In this document: in pieces, positions 46,645 to 55,090 of the stretch
Layout: the number at the start of each line of letters is the position of its first letter
How positions within the stretch are numbered: the stretch's first letter is position 1
Source: Candidatus Pacearchaeota archaeon
GTDB taxonomy: Archaea > Nanobdellota > Nanobdellia > Pacearchaeales > GW2011-AR1
NCBI GenBank assembly: GCA_016181895.1
Contig: JACOYL010000009.1
Span: 3,346-67,345, forward strand
Direction of reading: 5' to 3'
Length of the DNA: 64,000 nt
Translations under genes and position numbers: made by a program
The notes under the pieces: generated by a model
What the model saw: the letters and a program-made list of their open reading frames with translations, nothing else
The model's database searches: none
Told to the model about the DNA's origin: nothing

Positions 46645-48216
46645 CTATTGAATCCCGAATTCCCTTAAAACTTTCTCGGGTTTTTTGTAATATTCGTTTA
46701 TTATTTCCTGGACTTTTTCAAACCCGAAAATTTTTCTTTGATACATCATGTAAATAATCTTGCTTCTTCTTCTGAACTCAAGCTCGATTTCCTCGATTCT
46801 TTGCCCCGTCATTCTTGAAATTTTTTCGAAAATTCTGCTGTTTCTCTTGAAATAAAAACTGTCGTCAATCGGATTCCACGTGAATGGAGTGTTTGTCAAT
46901 GCAACTCCTTCCGGAGTTATGTTTATTATTTCCACGACTTCCTTGAGTTTTCTCGTTTCCTGTTTTTTGACAACCGCGTGCGTCATAACACAAACAGCGT
47001 CGAGAACATTAACAAGCGAAGGAGAAAGTTCTATCGGAGGGGTTTCAAGCCTTTTTACGACGGTATCGACGGAGTCCGCGTGCATCGTGCTTATTGAACT
47101 GTGCCCTGAGGCCATTCCCTGGAACAAAACAAAAGCCTCCTTGCCTCTGACTTCCCCGACAATCACGTAATCCGGATTTTGCCTGAAAGAGCTTCTCAAT
47201 AACGCGAACAAATCAATTTCCCCCAAGCCGCCTATTCCCGTAGCCGTTCTTGCAACGCTGGGCAGCCAGTTTTCCCTTGGAAGATTCAATTCCCTCGTGT
47301 CTTCGATGCTTACAACTCTTGACTCTGGGGGAATGAAAAAAGCCATTGCATTCAGCAAAGTTGTTTTTCCCGACGACGTTCCTCCTATGATCAATATGTT
47401 CATTTCATTTTCAATAAGCAGCCAAAGATAGGCAAGCATCTCGGGGCTTAAAGTGTTGAATTCGATAAGCTGCGGCGGCGTCCATGGTTCTTTCGTGAAT
47501 TTTCTTATCGTGAATGTTGGTCCTCTTGATGTGATGTCTTTAGTGTATGTCGCATTTACTCTGCTTCCGTCGGGCAAACTGCCATCTAAAATAGGATTTG
47601 CGTATGAAATGTATTTCCCGACCCTTTGCGCGAGTTTCTCCACGAAGCTCGCGAGTTTCTCCACGTCATTGAAAATAACATTTGTTTTCATGTTTCTGTA
47701 CATTCTGTGGACAATGTAAACCGGCGTTTCGGCGCCGTTGCACTCAATGTCCTCCACGAAATAATCCCTCAGCAACGGTTCCGCCTCGTTGAATCCGACG
47801 AAGTTTCGCGCAAGATAATAATAAATTTTCTTGAAGCTTTCATAAGGAATGTCCAATCCGAGTTCAACGGCAAGAATCCTGAACATCTTGTCAATGTAAT
47901 CAAGCAAAACATTTATTTCCTTTTCTACGATTGTGTCGAAATTAATCATGTTCTCCATCGCGGAAATAAGCTCTTCCCTGTAATATTCTTCTTTTTTTGT
48001 CAAAATCGGCTCCTCAATCTCATAAACCAGTTCGGAAATTTTGTTGTTCCAATAAATGTGAGCGAATGCAAAAGGAGCAATCAACGTGTATCTGACATTG
48101 ACTTTTGTCTTGTCATCTGTTTTTTTCAATCCTGGGATTTCAGGAGAGAAATTTATCTCCACTTTTGGATAACTCTGGATTCCAACTCCAATGAGGTTTT
48201 CTTTTTTTATTTCCAT
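46645..48216 (-). CDS. Type IV pilus assembly ATPase (VirB11/TadA/FlaI family)
   Basis: LPDGSRV, TIRKF, GGTSSGKTT, SIEDTRE, RQNPD..IVGEVRG.EA, GH...STMHA. Confidence 0.95.
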   Translation of the reverse strand: MEIKKENLIGVGIQSYPKVEINFSPEIPGLKKTDDKTKVNVRYTLIAPFAFAHIYWNNKISELVYEIEEPILTKKEEYYREELISAMENMINFDTIVEKEINVLLDYIDKMFRILAVELGLDIPYESFKKIYYYLARNFVGFNEAEPLLRDYFVEDIECNGAETPVYIVHRMYRNMKTNVIFNDVEKLASFVEKLAQRVGKYISYANPILDGSLPDGSRVNATYTKDITSRGPTFTIRKFTKEPWTPPQLIEFNTLSPEMLAYLWLLIENEMNILIIGGTSSGKTTLLNAMAFFIPPESRVVSIEDTRELNLPRENWLPSVARTATGIGGLGEIDLFALLRSSFRQNPDYVIVGEVRGKEAFVLFQGMASGHSSISTMHADSVDTVVKRLETPPIELSPSLVNVLDAVCVMTHAVVKKQETRKLKEVVEIINITPEGVALTNTPFTWNPIDDSFYFKRNSRIFEKISRMTGQRIEEIELEFRRRSKIIYMMYQRKIFGFEKVQEIINEYYKKPEKVLREFGIQ

Positions 48217-48225
48217 TTTTTATTT

Positions 48226-48759
48226 TTAGCTTACAACAATGTCAATTATTATTTTTCCTTCTGCATTTTCTCCCTTGTTTTCTATTGAAATAGTGTAGGG
48301 CGTTGTCGAATCTTCTATTGTTCTTTCATCGTTTGCCCCGTTATTAGTTATATCGTAATCGTAAGTTGATGTCAAGGTTACTGTGTTTGTTCCCCCGATG
48401 TCTTCTGTCATTGCTTCCATGTTTCCTATGCTGACTGTTTGTCCTGGCTCGCTGTAAACATAATTTGTTTCCATTTCAAAAATTATTTTGTCATTAACAC
48501 CATCTATCTTTAATTTTCCCTTTCTTATGTTTGTTTCAACGAGCCTTTTGTTTCCCGTCCCCCCATGAACGACAGAGAGTATTACATTATTTATATCCTT
48601 CACTGCGTTTATGCTTTGCTCTATCACAGAACGGTCCTGAATTTCCTCGATTCTTGGGATGACGAAAGCCAAAACCGCGCCAATCATCGTCAATGCGATA
48701 AGAGTGTAAATCACGGTTTCAACCCAGATTTGTCCGAATTTATTCATGCCCCTTTTCAT
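48226..48759 (-). CDS. Pilin-like protein
   Basis: NKFG|QIWVETVIY plus hydrophobic helix. Confidence 0.8.
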   Translation of the reverse strand: MKRGMNKFGQIWVETVIYTLIALTMIGAVLAFVIPRIEEIQDRSVIEQSINAVKDINNVILSVVHGGTGNKRLVETNIRKGKLKIDGVNDKIIFEMETNYVYSEPGQTVSIGNMEAMTEDIGGTNTVTLTSTYDYDITNNGANDERTIEDSTTPYTISIENKGENAEGKIIIDIVVS

Positions 48760-48800
48760 TTCAAACTAAGAAAGATTTTGTTTAAATAATTAACTTAAAG

Positions 48801-49239
48801 TCCCGCCTCTCGCAATCCCACTTGATATTAATATGAAAAATTTCACTCGTGAAGCTGCCCTTCTCGCGACCCGACTTTATTATTAATAATTTTAAAATTG
48901 TTAAAGTCAAATCGCTCGCCCACCCTTGGAAACAAGTATTAATGCAAAATCCGGGTTCATCAACTATTAATTCAGGATAAATTATCTGCACATTAGCCTT
49001 TTTCATGTAATATTTATGCTCCAAAAATCAACGTTAACCCACAATAATAATTTTATAATGATTTAATTGGGATTTTATATTATTATTCATATCAATATTC
49101 TATAATTTTCCCATCCGCATAAGAGAATAAGTTTAATTTTCAAACAATTTTAATATCGCGTCCAACTGATAATTTAACTATGAAAGATTTTCTGCATTAA
49201 TCTTTTTTACATCAATATGCGAGTTCGCAGAACGAGCCA
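48801..49239 (+). repeat. Cluster of 2-3 family B element copies
   Basis: CGCCCACCC head at ~48917 with AACTATTAATT...CATTAGCCTTTTTCAT; second copy 49110-49239 ending GCATTAATCTTTTTTACATCAATATGCGAGTTCGCAGAACGAGC. Confidence 0.6.
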
Positions 49240-49240
49240 A

Positions 49241-49738
49241 TCATGCAAGCAAGGAACAATCATCAATGTCTGAAACAACATCTGAAACCTCGCACTGAAC
49301 CCCTGAAATTATCGGAGCGATTTGAATCGTGTTCGGTCTTGTACTAGAATCATAAAAATAAGTTCTGCCGCTGTTTTTTGGAGGAAGTCTTGCTAAATCT
49401 GTTCCATTAAAATATTCCAAACCATTAATTAACTGCTCTTCGTTTGTCAATGTAAAAGGCGTTGTTTCAGCTTGCGTTGAAATTGAAACCAAAACACCTT
49501 CAACGTCGATATCTCCGATGCTGATTGCAAAATGGACTTTATTAGTTGTATCGTCAAAACAAATGTACTTTTCATCCAATGTTATTTTCCCGAAATTTCC
49601 AAAGCACGATTCTGAACTTTTAACTTTTTCTGTAATAAGGTTATTGATGAATGTCCAGACAATTACAACAGAAACAACAGTAAGTGCTATTAGAATCAAT
49701 GTCACGACAATTCCTGAAAGCCCTGATTTGTTTTTCAT
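49241..49738 (-). CDS. Archaeal type IV pilin
   Basis: MKNKSG|LSGIVVTLILI. Confidence 0.85.
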   Translation of the reverse strand: MKNKSGLSGIVVTLILIALTVVSVVIVWTFINNLITEKVKSSESCFGNFGKITLDEKYICFDDTTNKVHFAISIGDIDVEGVLVSISTQAETTPFTLTNEEQLINGLEYFNGTDLARLPPKNSGRTYFYDSSTRPNTIQIAPIISGVQCEVSDVVSDIDDCSLLA

Positions 49739-50022
49739 ATAAAAGAATAAAGAAATATTATTTATTAAATCTTCCCGTCAAAAATCCTAATTTATAAATC
49801 TCTTTCCGTTTATAGAAACAGATGCTAATGTAAAAACCGCCTTTATCAACTATTAATCGTCTGTAAAGAATTTTTGTACATTAACCATTTTCAGATTATT
49901 GTCGTGAAGTTGTTCACCCCTATCAATCAAGTTTTAATAGAAAACTTCCTCATATATTTTTCAATGGGTTGCACCAAGCGATAAAGTGGATTTCAGATTA
50001 AAATCTGTTTCTGCATTAAAAT

Positions 50023-50493
50023 TCAAAACGAAATTTCCCGTCCATAAAGTTTTTCATCGCAGGCAAATGAAGCCTGCGCCCCCTTTTGAGTAGTTCCGAG
50101 GAGAATTGGAATCAGCGTTATGTCTCCTTGCAAACCGCCGACATTGACTAAAGTTGCTTCTCCTTCAACTAATCCATCATTTTCATCATCCCAATCGGCA
50201 CGCAACTCGCTCAAGTCTTTTGTGTCATGTCCTCCGGGACCTGAAGTTATAACTTTAAAGCCGTAAATGGGAACACTTCCAATATTTTTAATTGCCAAGT
50301 CCCCTGTTACATCAGAATAACTTGCATCAAATTGCACGTCATTGCAAACCAGTTGAATGTTTTGGTCGTTTTTCATCCCAGCTTCCTGTATAAATCCTCG
50401 GAACCACATAAAAATAATCAATCCGGAAACGACGACAAGCCCAACGAGAAGCACTGTTGCGATTACGGGGGACAAGCCTCTTTTATTTTGCAT
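50023..50493 (-). CDS. Archaeal type IV pilin
   Basis: MQNKRG|LSPVIATVLL canonical motif. Confidence 0.9.
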   Translation of the reverse strand: MQNKRGLSPVIATVLLVGLVVVSGLIIFMWFRGFIQEAGMKNDQNIQLVCNDVQFDASYSDVTGDLAIKNIGSVPIYGFKVITSGPGGHDTKDLSELRADWDDENDGLVEGEATLVNVGGLQGDITLIPILLGTTQKGAQASFACDEKLYGREISF

Positions 50494-50603
50494 TAAAGAA
50501 TAAAGGAGAGAGCGTTTATAAAAGTTTTTTAAGTTTAGTCTCTAAGATAATCTAATGAGAATAAATTAGAAAAGTATATTAATGGAAGAAAATTAAATTT
50601 TTT

Positions 50604-50804
50604 ATGGAATCAAGTCAAAAAGTCTCATTAGAAAAGATTTACAAAAAACTGGAAAATTTGGAGTTATTTATGAAAAAATTTGAGCAATTTGCTGAAGATT
50701 TGGAATTTGCGAGAAGAACAGAAGAGGCCTACAGAAAGCATGAAGAAGGGGATTTTGTTGAGATGGATTCTGAAAAGTTCTTAAAAGAACTTAAAAAATG
50801 GTAA
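50604..50804 (+). CDS. Putative antitoxin
   Basis: EDLEFARRTEEAY...FLKELKKW; overlaps a RelE remnant. Confidence 0.7.
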   Translation: MESSQKVSLEKIYKKLENLELFMKKFEQFAEDLEFARRTEEAYRKHEEGDFVEMDSEKFLKELKKW

Positions 50805-51045
50805 AGATAATTTATGATTAAAAATTTCAACGAATTATTTCTAAAATAAAAAACTCTTCTGTTCAAAATAGCATAAAAATAAAATTGCAAAAATTATAGA
50901 AAATCCAGAAATAGGCAAACCGATGAGATATATAAGGAAAGGAACAAGAGAAGTTTATGTTGGTTCTTTTCGCCTTTCTTATAAATATTCAAGAGAAGAA
51001 AGTTTAATAGAGTTTCTTGATTTCTATCACAAAGATGAACAATAG
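50798..51045 (+). pseudogene. RelE/ParE toxin pseudogene
   Basis: MVKIIYD* nonsense at codon 8 plus a frameshift before IIENPEIGKPMRYIRKGTREVYVGSFRLSY...FYHKDEQ*. Confidence 0.8.
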
Positions 51046-51122
51046 CCTTCTTTTTCACCCCCCAATAATAACAACAAATCATAAGATTTATAAAGTTTGA
51101 ATGTCAATGAATTTTAAGAAAA

Positions 51123-52097
51123 ATGATATTGGAAAGCAAATTAACCAGAAGGGAAGCGCTAAAGAGGGGAGCGGGTTTAGCAGGCATGTTGGCTTTTGGC
51201 AAACTTTTCACTGCTTGTGCCGACGACGGAAGCAAAAAACATTCTCCAGAAATAACTTCAAATCCTGTAACAGAAGTCAATGAGGGACAAATTTACAATT
51301 CTAAGATTACCGCAACAGACGAGGACAATGCTGAGTTGGAATATAAAATAAACAAAGCTCCTTTATGGCTTTCAATGGAAGAAAGAAGTGATGGGATTTA
51401 CATAACAGGAATGGCTCCTCAGGTTTCTGCAGACACTCCAAATCCGGTTGAGGTTGAAGTTTCCGACGGAAAAAGAACAGACAAGCAAGAATACACTCTA
51501 ACTGTAAAGGATGTTCCTGAACCGGTAAATCATGCCCCGACCGCATTTTTGAGCGAGCCTGATTTTGGCGATGGTTTAAGCGGAACATATTTTGTAACAG
51601 TTGGCGGAGATGATGAAGACGGAGATGGCATTGAAGTTTACGCAAGATTTAACGGCGAGGAGTGGAATTTCTATGACAACGGGCAAACCATCGAGAGGCC
51701 GATAGTTGAGGGACAAAATACCATAGAATCAAAAGTTATTGATGAATTTGGAAATGAATCAGAAATTGTGATGAAGAGTTTTTACTCACCGACGGAGGAG
51801 GAGGCGAGGGAGAAGATTGAGGAGATATTGAATGCAACTAGTAACGGGGGTATTATAGAGGACGATAATTTTAGAAATACTGGAATTATGGTTGATTATG
51901 CTATAGAACCACAACCTTCTGTTCCAAGTGGAGATGTCATTATAGAATATATTGGAGAAAATGATAATTTAACTCAAGAAATGAATGACAAAGAATATTT
52001 TGATGCTAATAATATTCCTAATCTTTACATGAATAAATTACCTGTCACAGAAATAGAACTAAGAGTTAATAAATTTATTCAAGATATCTGGCAATAA
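51123..52097 (+). CDS. Tat-signal lipoprotein with Ig/cadherin-like domains
   Basis: LTRREALK, LFTAC lipobox, ATDED/VSDG repeats. Confidence 0.8.
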   Translation: MILESKLTRREALKRGAGLAGMLAFGKLFTACADDGSKKHSPEITSNPVTEVNEGQIYNSKITATDEDNAELEYKINKAPLWLSMEERSDGIYITGMAPQVSADTPNPVEVEVSDGKRTDKQEYTLTVKDVPEPVNHAPTAFLSEPDFGDGLSGTYFVTVGGDDEDGDGIEVYARFNGEEWNFYDNGQTIERPIVEGQNTIESKVIDEFGNESEIVMKSFYSPTEEEAREKIEEILNATSNGGIIEDDNFRNTGIMVDYAIEPQPSVPSGDVIIEYIGENDNLTQEMNDKEYFDANNIPNLYMNKLPVTEIELRVNKFIQDIWQ

Positions 52098-52110
52098 AAT
52101 TTCTTCTTAA

Positions 52111-53511
52111 TTAATACTTTACTCCACTAATATTAATTCCATCAATGTAAAATTTATCACCATCAGAATTCATCCCACCGACAAAACTAAATTGTGTAGA
52201 ACTGGTAAAAGAAGATGTGTCAGTTAAAATGACATTTTGAGGAATCCAGCCATCTTGAGTTGTTGAACTACACCAAGAATTTATTACAGATGTTCCTACT
52301 TTAAATTGAAGACAATCTGAACCCTCAAAACTATTATAATATCCGCTCCAGTTTACTGTTACGGTTGTATACCCTACTAAATTGAAATTTTGTGATATTG
52401 AGGCTGTACCCCCTCTTATTCTAATATTTGCAATACCCCCTTTTTGTCCGGCGTCTGTAACATTGATTGTAGGACTTTCCACAGTATTCCTATTAACATT
52501 TCCACTAATTGTCCATCCTTGATTTACAATTGTATTATCTTCAAATCCAAAAACTTTCAAAGAGGGGTATTTAAGAGCCACGATATTTAATGTTTCTACC
52601 TGACAACTACTTGAGCAACCATCTCCGCTAAGAGGCGGACTTCCTACATCATTATCACATTGCTCACTTTCCTGATTAACTGTTCCATCTCCACAAACAG
52701 CTGCCGGTGGAGGAGCAGTGCATCCGGTAAACGTGCAACTTGATGTACAACTCAAAGTTCCAGTCCACCCACTTTCAAAAGCAGTTTCACAGTTTTTCCC
52801 ATCCAAATCAGTTCCATCACACTGCTCTGTTCCTTCTATATTATTATTAAGATTACAGCTTATTCCAAATGTTCCGCAAATTAAATTTTCTTTTATCCTC
52901 GCATCTGTGCAACTAACAGGTCTTATTCTGTTTTTTATCGTCTCATATCTTAAAGGAACTATTTCAATTGAATAAATGCATTGGCCAGAACTAGAGGAAC
53001 ACGTGCCACCATTGACACTTAAAGGACCAATTGCAAAAGAATCGCTTAATGTATCTCCAGCACTTTTCGGATTTATGTCATTTCCTCCTGTCCAATATTT
53101 TACAAAACCCCCGACTTTTCTTTTGGGATTGGTGTTATAAGAAGACAAATCATTCACGGCAAGTTCCTGATCTGAAGATGTTGTTGCATGAATAAAATAT
53201 CCCGCGATGTCAAATCTTCCGTTATTTTTAAGAGTTAAATCAAATCTGTCGTCACTGCAATCATTGTTGTAACTTTGTATGAAAAGCGAAACGCCTTCAT
53301 CGCATTTTATTGATTCCTGGGGAACGTATGTTTTTACCCACTGATAGACAATTATGCTCATCAGGATTGCCATTGATATGAGCAATATGTACCCAATCAT
53401 CACGCTGATTCCTCTGCGATTTTTCAGTAAACCCTTTCTTTTTCGAGCCAGAGACGAACGCCAAGATGTTGTTCGTGAGGAAGATGGGTGAACTTGTGAA
53501 CCTCTTTTCAT
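52111..53511 (-). CDS. Large minor pilin/adhesin with Cys-rich repeats
   Basis: NRRG|ISVMIGYILL; EQCDG.DL.GK.C; CGDG.V..EQCD..DGCSSSCQVE (myxococcal-type Cys repeat). Confidence 0.85.
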   Translation of the reverse strand: MKRGSQVHPSSSRTTSWRSSLARKRKGLLKNRRGISVMIGYILLISMAILMSIIVYQWVKTYVPQESIKCDEGVSLFIQSYNNDCSDDRFDLTLKNNGRFDIAGYFIHATTSSDQELAVNDLSSYNTNPKRKVGGFVKYWTGGNDINPKSAGDTLSDSFAIGPLSVNGGTCSSSSGQCIYSIEIVPLRYETIKNRIRPVSCTDARIKENLICGTFGISCNLNNNIEGTEQCDGTDLDGKNCETAFESGWTGTLSCTSSCTFTGCTAPPPAAVCGDGTVNQESEQCDNDVGSPPLSGDGCSSSCQVETLNIVALKYPSLKVFGFEDNTIVNQGWTISGNVNRNTVESPTINVTDAGQKGGIANIRIRGGTASISQNFNLVGYTTVTVNWSGYYNSFEGSDCLQFKVGTSVINSWCSSTTQDGWIPQNVILTDTSSFTSSTQFSFVGGMNSDGDKFYIDGINISGVKY

Positions 53512-53561
53512 AAAACAAAAAGAAAATACAAATTAATAAATGTTTTGAGAAAATCTTAATA

Positions 53562-53891
53562 TTAAAGCCGCAATAATTCTCTTATCTCTTCATCTATCTT
53601 TTTAAGATGGAATTCTTCCAAATTACCTATCTTTGAAATAAATCTTTTTTTATCCAATGCTTGAAGTTGAAGAACGAGGGCAACAGAATCTTTATCTAAT
53701 TTATTATCTTTTGATTTATCAACTCTCAAGGTATGGGGAAGTTTGTTTAAAGCTTGTAAGTTTGATGTTAAAGGAACAACTAATACAAGATTTGTTCCAG
53801 TATCGCCCATTATTACAGAAGGTCGTGTTCCGGCTTGTTCTTTCCCGCCTCTCAAAGGGAAATCAATAATCCATATCTCTCCTTTTTTCAT
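53562..53891 (-). CDS. PemK/MazF family toxin
   Basis: MKKGEIWIIDFP...EQAGTRPSVI, VVPLTSN. Confidence 0.9.
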   Translation of the reverse strand: MKKGEIWIIDFPLRGGKEQAGTRPSVIMGDTGTNLVLVVPLTSNLQALNKLPHTLRVDKSKDNKLDKDSVALVLQLQALDKKRFISKIGNLEEFHLKKIDEEIRELLRL

Positions 53892-53937
53892 ATTCAATGC
53901 CTCAGGAAAAATGGAAATTTCACATTTCCTTTGTTCA

Positions 53938-54108
53938 TTATAAATTATTTTTCTCAAAAAAATCCGCGCTGTCCTCAATTGATGCCTGTTCCAATTCAAT
54001 CATTTCTTCTTCTAAAGATAATCTTTCCTTTATGTAATCAACATCCGACTGAAGTCTCGTCAGTTTTGTCATGATTTCTTTTACATTGGCTTTTATTTCC
54101 TGTTCCAT
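53938..54108 (-). CDS. 56-aa putative antitoxin
   Basis: MEQEIKANVKEIM...EQASIEDSADFFEKNNL*, acidic C-terminus, upstream of PemK. Confidence 0.65.
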   Translation of the reverse strand: MEQEIKANVKEIMTKLTRLQSDVDYIKERLSLEEEMIELEQASIEDSADFFEKNNL

Positions 54109-54191
54109 AATTTATCTAAAAATCACAATTATATAAGCTTTTTGTTAAATGAGATATATTCAGGAATCTTCCAATTTTTCAAGCGCGTTTT

Positions 54192-54317
54192 CACCACGCC
54201 CCCGCAACCCGAGTTTTAATAATAAAAAACTTTACATCAAGTTGTCAGTTGAGTACGTTTACGGAATTTTGCGCGTTAATTTTTTGCTGCTGCGAAAAAC
54301 ATGACGAAGTTTTGAGC
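54192..54317 (+). repeat. Family B element copy
   Basis: 54213-54252 matches 54920-54958 at 34/40 positions. Confidence 0.7.
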
Positions 54318-54326
54318 ATATTCATT

Positions 54327-54857
54327 TCAACCATTCGTCGTCGTATAAACATTTCCCTCAATTTCCTTGGAAACAATGAAAAAGAAATTTTGCCCCTCGT
54401 TCAACGTGAATGAATAACTTACTCCGTTAACAGTAATGGTTCCAGTTGGAGATGAAACAGAAATATCCCTTGTTGTAAAAATCCCCTGACTTAAAGTTAT
54501 ATCTATTCCGCTCCCGGAACTAAAATCAACATTAACAATTCCATCACTTCTTTTCTTCAATCCGGCAAAAGTTATTTCCGAAACCGTGCCAAAAATATAA
54601 TAAAAGTCGTCGGCGTTGGAATAAGTCGAGTAATCTTCTGCAAAATCAGTTAAAAGTTGTTTCATGTCGGCATCATTCATGCTTTGGCTTATCCCGTAAT
54701 CAATGGCTTTCTCGCTTTCGAATTTCAGTTCCTCGCCGACATGGTAAAATTTCACGTCGCTTTGTTTTACAACAGAGTTTGTTATCGTAGCCAATCCTGC
54801 GACAAGTCCTATGATTATTACGGAAATTATAATGAAAAATTGTCCTCTTTTGTTCAT
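54327..54857 (-). CDS. Pilin-like protein
   Basis: MNKRG|QFFIIISVII. Confidence 0.8.
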   Translation of the reverse strand: MNKRGQFFIIISVIIIGLVAGLATITNSVVKQSDVKFYHVGEELKFESEKAIDYGISQSMNDADMKQLLTDFAEDYSTYSNADDFYYIFGTVSEITFAGLKKRSDGIVNVDFSSGSGIDITLSQGIFTTRDISVSSPTGTITVNGVSYSFTLNEGQNFFFIVSKEIEGNVYTTTNG

Positions 54858-54890
54858 GAAAAGAAATATTGAAAGAAGTTTATTAATATT

Positions 54891-55047
54891 TCCCGCCCAC
54901 CCGCCCAAAGAGCAGACAGGTTTTAACGATAAAAATTTTACATCAAGTTTTTAGTTGAACAAATTTATGAAATCTTTTTTACATTAACATTTTTATGCCA
55001 ATGCGAGTTGCGAAGCAACGAGCGAATTAAGCGAGCCGAAGGCGAGT
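54891..55047 (+). repeat. Family B element copy
   Basis: TCCCGCCCACCCGCCC head; tail GCGAGTTGCGAAGCAACGAGC + GCGAGCCGAAGGCGAG. Confidence 0.7.
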
Positions 55048-55090
55048 GTATGTGAAAAAGATTTAAAAGAGGTTGATTTTAAATTGTTAA

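Noticed and set aside
47629..47665. 16-bp direct repeat in the ATPase (VEKLA x2)
   Set aside because: In-frame with 21-bp period in a conserved helix; best explained as local slippage or conversion.
48782..49024. 80-aa minus-strand ORF between pilins
   Set aside because: Lies over copies of the non-coding repeat family, with no ATG-based coding signal.
50798..50821. Stop-codon recoding
   Set aside because: Core genes end normally in TAA, TAG and TGA; in-frame stops occur only in ORFs that also have frameshifts.
51123..53511. Diversity-generating retroelement acting on surface proteins
   Set aside because: No reverse transcriptase and no template/variable repeat pair differing at adenines was seen.
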